Source: Planctomycetota bacterium
Lineage (GTDB): Bacteria; Planctomycetota; PLA2; JAEUHO01
Reading direction: 5' to 3'
DNA length: 64,000 bases
Assembly: GCA_965222115.1 (NCBI GenBank)
Contig: CBDCTJ010000001.1
Coordinates: 480,001-544,000, forward strand
Part shown: piece after piece, positions 28,527 to 38,423 of the stretch
Position numbering within the stretch: position 1 is the first letter of the stretch
How the letters are laid out: each line of letters starts with the position of its first letter
Notes under the pieces: generated by a model
The model's database searches: none
What the model was told of the DNA's origin: nothing
What the model saw: only the letters and a program-made list of their open reading frames with translations
Position numbers and translations under genes: made by a program

Positions 28527-30701
28527 ATGTCGAACTCAGGTCTACAAAGAACTCTGCTGGCCGGCGTGCTGGTATCAGCGGCAATCGCGGCGTACTTCTT
28601 GCTGTCAGATTTGCATGGTAACGAAGCCACGAGCAACTGCGCGCAGCCATCAGCGGCGGACGATTCGCAGGAGCGCTTTGCCTCGCTTCGAGGAACGCCC
28701 AACACGAAGAAGATCACGAATCCAACAAACGCTGAATCGAGCAGTGAACCTGACAAAGCCATTGCATGGCCGCCGTGGAAGCTCGAACTCCTTGTATGGC
28801 ACTCGCAGAGAGCACCGCACGTGGATACCGAGATCACCCTGCGGTTGCGAAAGGAAAAGCAGACTATTCAAGAGTGGAATGCTCGAACGGATGACCAGGG
28901 AATTGCTCGATTCAAGAATATTGACATCGGCAAGTATGTGGAAACTGGAGGACTCGGCTACGAATTCGTAGCGACGCTGCCAGGCACACTACCGAGTCAA
29001 TACGATCGGAAACTTTGGAATGTACCTGGACTCCGTGCACTGCTCCGCGACTTGGCCTACGCGAATCCCGAGTCGACGATCACCCTTCGAGAAAACGTCG
29101 CGACCTTCGGGCATGCACAGAGGTCTGTTCGAATCACTACGTCGCAGGGCGTTCCGCTTTCAGGCGTTTGTCTCAGCGCGTTTCAACCGGAACTTGACTA
29201 TCGAATGGGCCTCTCGCCGCCCAAAACAGATCCGAGCGGACGAGCACACTTCCGCGTACCAGACGATTGGAAAGGCGAACTTCGACTACTTATGGCGGAT
29301 TCGTTTGACTTGAACAAGCGGATGAATATTGCCCGTGTAGGCGAGCAAGCTATTGCGCTCAGCCCCTCACTTGTAGGACGAGTCGTCGATAGCCAAGGAC
29401 AAGGCGTTTCAGGCGTGCCAGTAGATATCAGACTCGTGAGCGCGCCAAATTATCCAAGTGACACGATCGCCTGGCCCAAAGTGCCGATGACGATTGACGG
29501 CGTCGATGTTTTCGCGGCCGAGAGCACTATTGAGCTCGTCAGATCATTTCATCCAGATCTGGTTCGATGGAGTGTGCGCACGATTCGCGCCATCTCAAAC
29601 GACGATGGCGAGATTGCATTTGTTGGGCTTAAGCCAAACGAACCGTATGAAGTCTTCGTGATCGAACCTGGAGGCGCGAATCGTCAGGTATCAAAATCCA
29701 TTCGAGCCGGAGAGTCCCTTCGTATTGAAGTGAACCGTTCCGATGTGACATGGAGGTTGATCGATGCAGTCACAGGTGCCGCCGTCCATTCTTCGTGTTG
29801 GGTGCAGCGGGTGTGGCGCGCGCCCGATCCGTTGCTACGGATTCGTGACGACGCGTCCGACATCGCCCGAATTGAAATGAATATGGGGCCCTATGAGGTC
29901 AAGCTCCCTATGGGCAGCGTGTGGGTCGTTCGCGCGCGCGCGAAGGGCTACTTGCCGAAGGATGTCCTGTTCACTGTGCCCGACAAGGTGCAGGCGACGG
30001 CTGCAATCGCGCTCACACCGCGCAATAAGACGAAGCCTGTGTGCGTTCGGTGCCAAACCGCCGATGGCGAAACGCTGCGAGACTTACCACTCACGGTCAC
30101 GCAAGAGGGTCGCGGACCCCAAGTGTTTGATATCCAATGGCATGGCGATGTTGCGCACGTTCAGTACCTTGAAGCCGAGGAAGCGCAATTCAGGGCAAAT
30201 CTAGGGAAGTATGAGCAGAGCGAAGCGGAACCGTACCGATACCTATTGCCGCCCAAGTGGCCAGTAACCTCAAAGGATGTCATTGCCAAAGGGCAGGTCG
30301 ATCTAAAGTTTCAAGTGGGCGGCCGAGCGATCATGCGCCTCAAGATTGCGGGAACAACGGAGGATGCACCGGACGCCAGCATTCACATCACACCGCAGCC
30401 ATCCACCGAGACGCACGCTGACGCGACGAGTTCGCTCACGCACACAGCAGCCGAACGCTCGATTCCTCTCGCCAGGCTCTATCAGATCTCAAAACAAGGT
30501 AGCGGCCCAGCCGAATACGCATTTGAGACGCCTCCGCTCGCGCCCGGTACCTACGACGTAACATTTCGGTACCCCGAGAGGAACGCCGCTGTCATAACTT
30601 CCAAGAGGCCCGTGCCCCTGTCGGAGCACACGACCGTCGAAATCGTCAAAGGGAAAGACACGCCGGTCCTCATGTCGATCACGTTACCCGAGCATCGGTA
30701 A
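28527..30701 (+). CDS. Membrane-anchored beta-sandwich repeat protein, paralog 2
   Basis: Shared motifs TDDxGxARF, PDDW, EPGGxNR, RVWRAP and VKGKxTPVxMSIxLPE. Confidence 0.7.
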   Translation: MSNSGLQRTLLAGVLVSAAIAAYFLLSDLHGNEATSNCAQPSAADDSQERFASLRGTPNTKKITNPTNAESSSEPDKAIAWPPWKLELLVWHSQRAPHVDTEITLRLRKEKQTIQEWNARTDDQGIARFKNIDIGKYVETGGLGYEFVATLPGTLPSQYDRKLWNVPGLRALLRDLAYANPESTITLRENVATFGHAQRSVRITTSQGVPLSGVCLSAFQPELDYRMGLSPPKTDPSGRAHFRVPDDWKGELRLLMADSFDLNKRMNIARVGEQAIALSPSLVGRVVDSQGQGVSGVPVDIRLVSAPNYPSDTIAWPKVPMTIDGVDVFAAESTIELVRSFHPDLVRWSVRTIRAISNDDGEIAFVGLKPNEPYEVFVIEPGGANRQVSKSIRAGESLRIEVNRSDVTWRLIDAVTGAAVHSSCWVQRVWRAPDPLLRIRDDASDIARIEMNMGPYEVKLPMGSVWVVRARAKGYLPKDVLFTVPDKVQATAAIALTPRNKTKPVCVRCQTADGETLRDLPLTVTQEGRGPQVFDIQWHGDVAHVQYLEAEEAQFRANLGKYEQSEAEPYRYLLPPKWPVTSKDVIAKGQVDLKFQVGGRAIMRLKIAGTTEDAPDASIHITPQPSTETHADATSSLTHTAAERSIPLARLYQISKQGSGPAEYAFETPPLAPGTYDVTFRYPERNAAVITSKRPVPLSEHTTVEIVKGKDTPVLMSITLPEHR

Positions 30702-30762
30702 ACGCGCTGCGACTGCACCATTCGTAGTCATGGGCTCAGCCATTGACGTACGGTGATGGTGC

Positions 30763-32568
30763 ATGTCGCTCCACGAGTTCATTGCCATCGCGACGTTGGT
30801 CGTTGCCGTCGTCCTGTTTATTTCCGAGGCCATTCCGCTTGCGCTGACGGCGCTCTTCATTCCAGTGGTGCTGGCTGTCACGGGCACACTGGAGAGTCCC
30901 GATCAAGCGCTGGCGGGATTTGGCAATCCGGCTGTTATTGCCTTAGCCGCGATCTTTGTGATGGGTGCAGGTCTCAAGGAGAGCGGCGTGGCCACGTTGA
31001 TGGCGCGCGGACTTGAGCATGTGGGCGGACGCAGCGAAGCGCGTCTCGTGATTGCCATCATGGTGTCGGTCGCCGTACTGTCGGCGCTCATGTCCAACGC
31101 GGCAACGGTCGCGGTCTTCTTGCCTGCGGTGGCCGCGTTGGCGCGCCGGGCCGATGTGCCCACGTCGCGTCTCATGATGCCACTCTCGTTTGCGGCCATC
31201 GTGGGCGGCATTCTCACGATCATCGGCACGACCCCAAACATCATTCTCGCCGAGGACATGCGCAGTCGTTCCGGAACGGCATTGGATGCGATGGTCTTTC
31301 TAAAGGTTGGCGCTCCGGTGGTGGCGGCGTCCATCGCCTACATGGTGCTTGTGGGTCGCAAGCTTCTGCCTGCCGTTTCGAGTGCGGAACGCTTGGGAGG
31401 TGTGTCGCTACCGGGAGACGTGGCCAACGCCTACGGCATCGCGGAGAACCTCTATCGCATGCGCGTCAGTGAACGCTCACCTTTGGTGGGTCAAAAACTG
31501 AAGGACGCAAACATGGGCGGTGTCTGGGATTTGAAACTTGTGTTGGTTTCCCGCGCCAAGGGATCGCGACGACGACCGATTCATCCACATCCGGACCTCG
31601 TGTTTCAAGCGGGGGACGAACTCTACGTCGAAGGCGAAACGAGGAGTGCGTGGCGACTTTCAGAAGACATGAAGGTGCAGTTCGGCATGACCGACGCGTC
31701 GGCCGTCGCTCAACTTTTTGAACAGGGCATCCTCTTGGCCGAAGCGGCGATTCCGCCACGTTCAGAAGTCATTGGCAAGACCCTTCGAGATCTTGAGTTT
31801 CGCAAAGTGTTCGACCTCTCGGCGCTGGCCATTTTGCGACGCGACAAGGTGATCTCATCTGACCTCGCCGACATTCCGCTTGAACTCGGTGACGGTTTCC
31901 TCGTATCGGGAAGCGCAGCCAAAGTACGCGCGCTTGCGAGAGATCACCGTTTCATCGTGCTCACGCAAGACACATCCGGCGAAGATGTCTCCCGTGCACC
32001 CTTAGCGATCGCGCTTCTGTTTGCCGCGTTGATCCCCCCACTCATCGGCTGGCTTCCGTTGGCCGTGAGCGGGCTCGCAAGTGTGCTGCTCATGTTTGCC
32101 ACGGGCTGCGTATCCAAGTCCGCGATCCGCGAGTCGATGGACTTTCGCATTCTCTTTCTTGTGGCCGGAACCATTCCACTGGGCATGGCGCTCGAGCAAC
32201 ACGGTGTTGCGGGGGAGACAGCCAACTGGATCCTCACCCTAGGCGGTCCATTCGGAACGGCAGGTGTGTTGAGCGCACTCTTCGTTATCAGCGCCGTTTT
32301 GAGTACCACCAGCAACAACGGAGCCGCGGCCGTGATTCTCTCACCGGTCGCATGGCAAGTTTCTCAATCTTCCGGACTGGCGTTGGAGAAGTCATTGCTT
32401 GCCGTGGCATTCGGTACGAGTTGCGCCTACATGCTTCCGTTTGCGCACCAATGCAATCTGATGGTGATGGGTCCGGGTGGTTATCGCACCAAGGACTTTG
32501 CCAAAGTTGGACTGGGTATGAGCATCGTGATGGCCGTTATGACCATCGTGATGTTGGTTCTCATCTGA
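30763..32568 (+). CDS. SLC13/CitMHS permease with two TrkA-C domains
   Basis: 'SALMSNAAT', 'TIIGTTPNII', 'HQCNLMVMGPGGY'; central TrkA-C repeats. Confidence 0.9.
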   Translation: MSLHEFIAIATLVVAVVLFISEAIPLALTALFIPVVLAVTGTLESPDQALAGFGNPAVIALAAIFVMGAGLKESGVATLMARGLEHVGGRSEARLVIAIMVSVAVLSALMSNAATVAVFLPAVAALARRADVPTSRLMMPLSFAAIVGGILTIIGTTPNIILAEDMRSRSGTALDAMVFLKVGAPVVAASIAYMVLVGRKLLPAVSSAERLGGVSLPGDVANAYGIAENLYRMRVSERSPLVGQKLKDANMGGVWDLKLVLVSRAKGSRRRPIHPHPDLVFQAGDELYVEGETRSAWRLSEDMKVQFGMTDASAVAQLFEQGILLAEAAIPPRSEVIGKTLRDLEFRKVFDLSALAILRRDKVISSDLADIPLELGDGFLVSGSAAKVRALARDHRFIVLTQDTSGEDVSRAPLAIALLFAALIPPLIGWLPLAVSGLASVLLMFATGCVSKSAIRESMDFRILFLVAGTIPLGMALEQHGVAGETANWILTLGGPFGTAGVLSALFVISAVLSTTSNNGAAAVILSPVAWQVSQSSGLALEKSLLAVAFGTSCAYMLPFAHQCNLMVMGPGGYRTKDFAKVGLGMSIVMAVMTIVMLVLI

Positions 32569-32789
32569 TCTACAATCTCTACGGCCTACGCCGCATCCGA
32601 ATCTGAACCTGAATCACTCGCCTAACCCTGCCACGTTCCTCCGCTGGACAAAATTGCGCGCACGCGCCAAGACGTGTAACGACTCCCGTCGATTCGCGAA
32701 TCCCCCGGCCCATGCAAGCCTCAGACGCCGTCTTGTAGAAGGACCGTTGCGAAGGGATCACCGGACCGCCATTTCACGCACGACTCGAA

Positions 32790-32828
32790 CCCTCACCCCC
32801 ACCCCCTCTCCCAAAGGGAGAGGGGAGC
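32790..32828. repeat. REP-like hairpin of the ccctcacccc...ctctccc...gggagaggg type
   Basis: Perfect stem cccctctccc-aaa-gggagagggg between convergent genes; may also act as a terminator. Confidence 0.65.
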
Positions 32829-32863
32829 TAAGAACGCAGATAACGGCACCGGCCGGAATCTTC

Positions 32864-34522
32864 TTACATCCTCTTATACTTCGGTCCGCTCCCACCCTCA
32901 CGCGGCGTCCACCTCGGCCCCAACACGTCCGTTGCCTTGCAATCGATGCAGTTAGGTGCATTCACGCGAAAACCCTCGGATGTTGTCTCGTACACGCCGG
33001 CGGGACACATACTCGAATAGAAGTCCTCGGCCATTGGCGAAGCGTGCTCCGCGACGATCAAATGAGACGGAATGTCGTCGCGGGTTTGATTGCCGGACTT
33101 ATAAACGGCGTCCACTTTGCTAAAGGTGCGCTCATTATCGGGGACAAACGGTTCTGCGCGGGCGAGCACTTTGGGCTCCGCTGCATCTTCTTCGACGTCG
33201 ATTCTGCTTCCAAAGAGCGCACCCTTGGTGGCGATCATGGCGCCTGATAATGCGCCGCCCTTCACGAAGCCCTTCTTGAACGCAAGACGCACATTGCGAG
33301 TCTCGTGCATGTCTTCCAGGATGTAGCTATCGCGAACGGCGGCGTCGTACGACCCAAGCGCTGCGCGTGAGGTGTCGCCCTTCTTGAGCGCGTCGAAGAT
33401 GGTGCGCGCCGCCAACATGCCGGAATGCATGGCGTAGTGAATGCCCTTGAGCGACGGTACATCAACAAATCCTGCCGCGTCGCCCACCACCAAGACGCCA
33501 TCGCCGTGGAGTCGTTCAGGGAGCGAGTGGAATCCGCCTTCGGGAATGGTCTTGGCGCCCCACTCCACCATTTCGCCGCCTTCTAGCAGTTTGTCGAGCA
33601 ACGGATGACGCTTGAGGCGCTGCAAGAGGTGATGCACATCGAGCGACTGCTCGTGATAGTCCATGCCCACAACAAGTCCCAAGGAAACGAGGTTGTCTTC
33701 CATGGGGTACACAAAGCTTCCGCCGAAGGCACTGCGCGGAAGTGGCCAGCCTAACGTGTGAATCATGCGATCCAACGGCTGCTTGGTTTCCCAGAGTTCT
33801 TTAATGCCCAAGGCGAAGATCTGCGGATTGGGGCTCTTGATGCGTTGTTGCTGCATCCATGCCTGCACAAGCGATCCGCGTGTGCCTTCGGAGAGCACCG
33901 TTACGCGCGCCGCTAGGTCGCCGGGCGGTTCGTAACCGGGCCCGGGCGTTCCATCGCGCTTCTCACCAACCGCAACCGTGCGCACACCCGCCACACGATC
34001 CTCGTCCATGAGCAGTGACGCGGCAGGAAAGCCGGTGAACACATTCACACCCAAGCCCTCGGCCTTTTCGCCAAGCCATCGCACGATCTCGCAGATCGAT
34101 GCAATGTAGTTGCCGTGGTTTTTCATCGTTGGCGGCACAGGCATGCGGATCGATTTATCTTCCGTGAGCATGTAGACGCGCTCTTTGCCTACCGGCCGGC
34201 GAAAGGGAAAGTCCTTGTCCGATAGCTCAGGGAATAGCTCGCGCATGGCGCGTGGGTTTACGACCGCGCCCGAGAGGTTGTGCTGACCGACTTCGGCGGC
34301 CTTCTCCAAAACGGCAATCTCGATCTCACCCAAGCCGCCGCCCGCGTCATTGTCCTTCTTGATCAGTCGCGCGAGCTCGATGGCGCCCGCCATGCCTGCA
34401 GGTCCGCCACCCACAAACAATACGTCCATAGGAACGGCGTCGTCACCGGGCGTCTCGCGCACAAGCAACTTATCCATGGGGAGCGGCGCTTGGTGGCGAA
34501 GAGGAATCAACTTAGGAGGCAT
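32864..34522 (-). CDS. Electron transfer flavoprotein-quinone oxidoreductase
   Basis: GGGPAG FAD motif, 'HNLSGAV', 'WGAKTIPEGG', 'LKGIHYAM'; C-terminal Fe-S region 'CPAGVY...NCIDCK'. Confidence 0.92.
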   Translation of the reverse strand: MPPKLIPLRHQAPLPMDKLLVRETPGDDAVPMDVLFVGGGPAGMAGAIELARLIKKDNDAGGGLGEIEIAVLEKAAEVGQHNLSGAVVNPRAMRELFPELSDKDFPFRRPVGKERVYMLTEDKSIRMPVPPTMKNHGNYIASICEIVRWLGEKAEGLGVNVFTGFPAASLLMDEDRVAGVRTVAVGEKRDGTPGPGYEPPGDLAARVTVLSEGTRGSLVQAWMQQQRIKSPNPQIFALGIKELWETKQPLDRMIHTLGWPLPRSAFGGSFVYPMEDNLVSLGLVVGMDYHEQSLDVHHLLQRLKRHPLLDKLLEGGEMVEWGAKTIPEGGFHSLPERLHGDGVLVVGDAAGFVDVPSLKGIHYAMHSGMLAARTIFDALKKGDTSRAALGSYDAAVRDSYILEDMHETRNVRLAFKKGFVKGGALSGAMIATKGALFGSRIDVEEDAAEPKVLARAEPFVPDNERTFSKVDAVYKSGNQTRDDIPSHLIVAEHASPMAEDFYSSMCPAGVYETTSEGFRVNAPNCIDCKATDVLGPRWTPREGGSGPKYKRM

Positions 34523-34566
34523 GAGCGAGTGTCCAACAAGTTGCAACGGGAAGTGAAAACGAATGA

Positions 34567-35874
34567 CTAGCTGACTGCGCGATCCGATACGCCTAGATAG
34601 TGCGAAAGCACGCGAATCATGGGCGCCACGTCACCGGATCCGGCCATCTCACGACACGAATGCATCGACAACATGGGGTTGCCAACGTCCACGGTTCGAA
34701 TGCCGAGCGACGCACTTGCGATGGGTCCAATCGTGGAACCACAACCCATATCATTACGCGACACGAAGTGCTGATAGGACACGCCGGCATCGGTGCAAAG
34801 GCTCGCAAAGTAGCCTCCAGTTCCTGAATCGCTGGCGTACGACTGACCTTGGTTCCATTTGATGACGGGTCCCGCGCCTAGACGCGGCATGTGGGCGGGA
34901 TCGTGTCGATCTTCATAATTTGGATGCACGGCGTGGGCCATGTCACACGACACGAGCGTGCTCATCGCCATGCAACGACGGAGATCTTCGCGACCGCCGG
35001 TCAAGCGCGAGAACACATCGCGCAGGAACGATCCGGCGGCGCCGTCGGCCGTGCGACTGCCCACTTCTTCGTGATCCCAAAGTGCGACAATGCGCGTAAA
35101 TGGCGCCGGCGCGTCGCTTCCGGCGAGCAAGGCCGAAAGCGCGGCATGGCAGGAACCCAGATTATCGAGTCGCGGCGCATTGATGAATACGTCGTCAACA
35201 CCCGCAAGCGACGACGGCTGCGTATCGTAAAGCATTAGATCGTGGGCCAAAATCTGCGAAGGGCGTACGGGAAGTTCTTCGTAACTCTCCACAATGGCGT
35301 CCAACACCATGGATTCCAATGTGGGCGCAGATTGCAATCCGACCAACGGGCGAAGATGGCGCTGCGGATTGAGTTTCAATCCGTCGCTTCGAATCTCGCG
35401 CTGAAGATGGATGGCGAGGTTGGGAACGCGAAAGAGCGGCTTTTCAAGATCCACTAACGCCTCAAAGCGCGCGCCTTCGTCCGTGCGCACCGTGACGCGA
35501 CCGGCAAGCGATAGGTCGCGATCCAACCACGTGTGCAGCAACACACCGCCGTAGGGCTCAATGCCCAACACAGAACAACCGCCGCGCACGCCGTCGGGAT
35601 TGGGGCGTATGCGCAAGTTGGGTGAGTCGGTGTGGGCTCCAATGACATTGCACCCGGCCTCAACGATGGGCTCTTCGCCAACATGAAAGGCGATGATCGA
35701 GCCCTCATTGCGAATGACATAGGCCTGCGTGCCGGGCTGGATGTCCCACGGATCCTGCTCCACGATGCGGACGTAGCCCGCGGCATCCAAGCGCCGGGCC
35801 ACCTCTTCCACCGCGTGATACGGCGTGGGCGAGGCATCAATGAAACGAAGCAGATCGCGTGCGGATTCGAGCAT
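34567..35874 (-). CDS. M18 family (aspartyl) aminopeptidase
   Basis: SPTPYHAV, AHTDSP, RLDNL, DHEEVGS, DMAHAVHPNY, GSTIGP, MHSCRE. Confidence 0.95.
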   Translation of the reverse strand: MLESARDLLRFIDASPTPYHAVEEVARRLDAAGYVRIVEQDPWDIQPGTQAYVIRNEGSIIAFHVGEEPIVEAGCNVIGAHTDSPNLRIRPNPDGVRGGCSVLGIEPYGGVLLHTWLDRDLSLAGRVTVRTDEGARFEALVDLEKPLFRVPNLAIHLQREIRSDGLKLNPQRHLRPLVGLQSAPTLESMVLDAIVESYEELPVRPSQILAHDLMLYDTQPSSLAGVDDVFINAPRLDNLGSCHAALSALLAGSDAPAPFTRIVALWDHEEVGSRTADGAAGSFLRDVFSRLTGGREDLRRCMAMSTLVSCDMAHAVHPNYEDRHDPAHMPRLGAGPVIKWNQGQSYASDSGTGGYFASLCTDAGVSYQHFVSRNDMGCGSTIGPIASASLGIRTVDVGNPMLSMHSCREMAGSGDVAPMIRVLSHYLGVSDRAVS

Positions 35875-35948
35875 GAGGCGCAAGATAGCTCAAAACACGT
35901 TCGCGCCATGGGCATATCGCGGCGCGCCAACAGAGATCGGCCACGTGG

Positions 35949-37166
35949 CTACAGCGCGGTGCGGCAGCGAGGGCACTCCGTGACGCGTGAGGCAAGTTCC
36001 GGCGGAACCTTGAGGATCGCTGAGCAGCCGGGGCACTCACGCTTGGTGTACTTCGACGCGGTAAGAAACGCATCGGAGGCGGCGCGACGACGCTTCACGG
36101 TGGTGTCGAGCTTAGGTTCATCGGCGGGCGGTGCACCAACCAGCGGCGCCACGGTGGACGATTCCGCCAAGGAACGCGCGCCCATCACACTCTTTCCGGT
36201 CATCTTGCGATAGGCCGACTCGTAGGCGCGGTAGCTCACGTCGCCCGATAGACCACGAAGAATGGCTATGCGCTTCTCGATGGGCGGATGCGTCGCAAAA
36301 CTTGAGTTGGCTTGCGCCTTTTCGCCGGCCTTGAGCGGTCGCACGATGTACATCGGCGCCGTCACCTTGCTCTCGTCGGCCAACGCAAGACGCTCGCGGC
36401 CGCCGTAAGCGATCTTCTCAAGTGCCGATGCCAGCCCCTCGGGGTAGCGCGTAAACAATGCGCCCGATGCATCGGCCAAGTACTCCCGCTTGCGAGAAAG
36501 CGCGAAGTAAATCAACTGCGCGAGTAGAGGTGCAAGAATCAACAGCACAAGCGAAATGATCAGTATCACAATTTGTGCTGCGCCGTCCTCCTTGTTGCTG
36601 CTACGCGATCGGCGCCCCCCGCCATGCCACAACACGCGCATGGCAATCTCGGCGATCATGACGATGACACCCATCATGATTCCGGCGGTAGTAATGAGCG
36701 CCACGTCGCGATTCTTAATGTGGCCAAGTTCATGGGCCACGACGCCTTGAAGCTCGGCACGATTCAGTGTGCGTAACAGGCCTGTCGTGACGGCAACCGA
36801 CGCCTTGTCGGGCGACTGACCCGTTGCAAACGCGTTGGGCGACGGATCGTCAACAATGTAGATATCGGGACGCTTGGGTAGTTGCGCCGCGATGGTCATC
36901 TCATCGACAACATTAACGAGCATGGGGTGGTCCTTGCGCTCGATCTTTCGCGCGCGCGCCATGCCCAGCATGATGTTGTCACCCGATGTTTTGGTCGTGA
37001 CCCAAAGGATGAGCCAAAGCACAACGGCGATGACGGCACCGGGGACGAGTCCGCCCTCCCCCAACAGCATGCCGCCGCCCGCGGCGCCCATGGCCACCAG
37101 CAGCGCGCCCATACCGCCAACCACAAAGCGGCTACGGATTTGGTTGGAACGGATTTGTTCCCACAC
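35949..37166 (-). CDS. htpX: HtpX-type M48 protease with a C-terminal zinc ribbon
   Basis: PNAFATG, AHELGH, SRKREYLAD, THPP; C-terminal CPGC...CPRC. Confidence 0.88.
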   Translation of the reverse strand: MWEQIRSNQIRSRFVVGGMGALLVAMGAAGGGMLLGEGGLVPGAVIAVVLWLILWVTTKTSGDNIMLGMARARKIERKDHPMLVNVVDEMTIAAQLPKRPDIYIVDDPSPNAFATGQSPDKASVAVTTGLLRTLNRAELQGVVAHELGHIKNRDVALITTAGIMMGVIVMIAEIAMRVLWHGGGRRSRSSNKEDGAAQIVILIISLVLLILAPLLAQLIYFALSRKREYLADASGALFTRYPEGLASALEKIAYGGRERLALADESKVTAPMYIVRPLKAGEKAQANSSFATHPPIEKRIAILRGLSGDVSYRAYESAYRKMTGKSVMGARSLAESSTVAPLVGAPPADEPKLDTTVKRRRAASDAFLTASKYTKRECPGCSAILKVPPELASRVTECPRCRTAL

Positions 37167-37200
37167 GGGCGGCTACCTCGCTTCGACGCGCAAGATTCGA

Positions 37201-37229
37201 CACGCTCGACTTCGGTGGTGTCGAGCGTG
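37201..37229. other. Intergenic hairpin between lemA and htpX
   Basis: Perfect 10-bp stem cacgctcgac-N9-gtcgagcgtg. Confidence 0.5.
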
Positions 37230-37257
37230 GTTCAACGAAAGGAAATGCGACGCTGCG

Positions 37258-37836
37258 TTAGAAGCTCACCTTGGGGGCTTCGCGCTCAGCCTGGTCTTCC
37301 AGCTCAAACATCTCGGCCTTCTCAAAGCTTCCGCTAATCATATTTGCGGGAAACGTCTCACGGCGGTTGTTGTACATGGTGGCCGTGTCGTTATAGGCCT
37401 GGCGTGCAAACCCAATGCGATTCTCAGTATGCGTCAACTCTTCTTGAAGTTGCATGAACTGCTCATTGGCTTTCAGGTCGGGGTATTTTTCCGAGAGACC
37501 AAAGAACCCTGTCATGGCGGCGCCAAGCGCGGTTTCTGCACGCGCCACGGCGCCGGGTCCCTGGGTGCGAGCGCCCACAGCCATGTTTCGAGCTTGAATG
37601 ACCTTTTCTAACGTTTCGGCTTCGTGCTTCATGTAGCCCTTGGCGGTCTCAACCATGTTGGGAATCAAGTCGTGGCGGCGCTTCAACTGAACATCGATCT
37701 GCGACCACGCGTTCTTGACAAGGTTGCGCGCGCGCACCAACCCGTTGTAGGTACCGATAAGCCACATGACCGCCAACGCGGCCACACCGATGGCAATCCA
37801 TATCGGTGTCGAAATCTGTGCAAGCTCGTGCATCAC
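37258..37836 (-). CDS. lemA: LemA family protein
   Basis: 'NAWSQIDVQLKRRHDLIPN', 'YPDLKAN', 'ARQAYND'. Confidence 0.95.
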   Translation of the reverse strand: MMHELAQISTPIWIAIGVAALAVMWLIGTYNGLVRARNLVKNAWSQIDVQLKRRHDLIPNMVETAKGYMKHEAETLEKVIQARNMAVGARTQGPGAVARAETALGAAMTGFFGLSEKYPDLKANEQFMQLQEELTHTENRIGFARQAYNDTATMYNNRRETFPANMISGSFEKAEMFELEDQAEREAPKVSF

Positions 37837-37884
37837 CAGTCACTCCTCTTGCGAGCCGTCCCTACGGGTGCTCGCGGGCTCACG

Positions 37885-38370
37885 CTAGGCGTGGGCCTCT
37901 GACTCTTCGTCAACGGGTTCGACCACCGGACCCGTTGATGAAAATGAACCTAGAAACTCTCGGACTTGAAGAAGCGATTTGTCGCGCTCCCCAAGATGAC
38001 TCAACATGATTTGTTCGAGTTCGCCATGATCGAACCACGTGCCGTGATCCGCTGGGCAGCGATCAAGAATGACGCCCTTATCCGAGGCAGGATCTCGGAC
38101 GTGCTTCATCTTTCGTGAACATCGCGGGCATCGACGGGTGGGGACGCGCGCCCCCCATCGCCGGAAGAATCCTCGCGGCAACTCCTCCAGTCGCAAATCG
38201 AGATCGCGTAACATCTGCGGCGCGCCCACAACGTCAAACAACTGGCGCAGTTCGTCTTCGTCAAACCAGATGCCACAGCGCTCCACGCAGAGGTCGAGTT
38301 CAATATTCTTGAACTCCACAATGATCTGCGGTGTCTTGCATACCGGGCACAACATGAGACGGAAGTTCAC
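37885..38370 (-). CDS. Double zf-TFIIB zinc-ribbon protein
   Basis: CPVC...C..CGIWFDEDEL and CPRC...CPADHGTWFDHGEL. Confidence 0.85.
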   Translation of the reverse strand: MNFRLMLCPVCKTPQIIVEFKNIELDLCVERCGIWFDEDELRQLFDVVGAPQMLRDLDLRLEELPRGFFRRWGARVPTRRCPRCSRKMKHVRDPASDKGVILDRCPADHGTWFDHGELEQIMLSHLGERDKSLLQVREFLGSFSSTGPVVEPVDEESEAHA

Positions 38371-38423
38371 CTAACGACGGCGGAAACGGTCGCGCTTCGG
38401 CGCGGCGCACAGCATACCGAATC

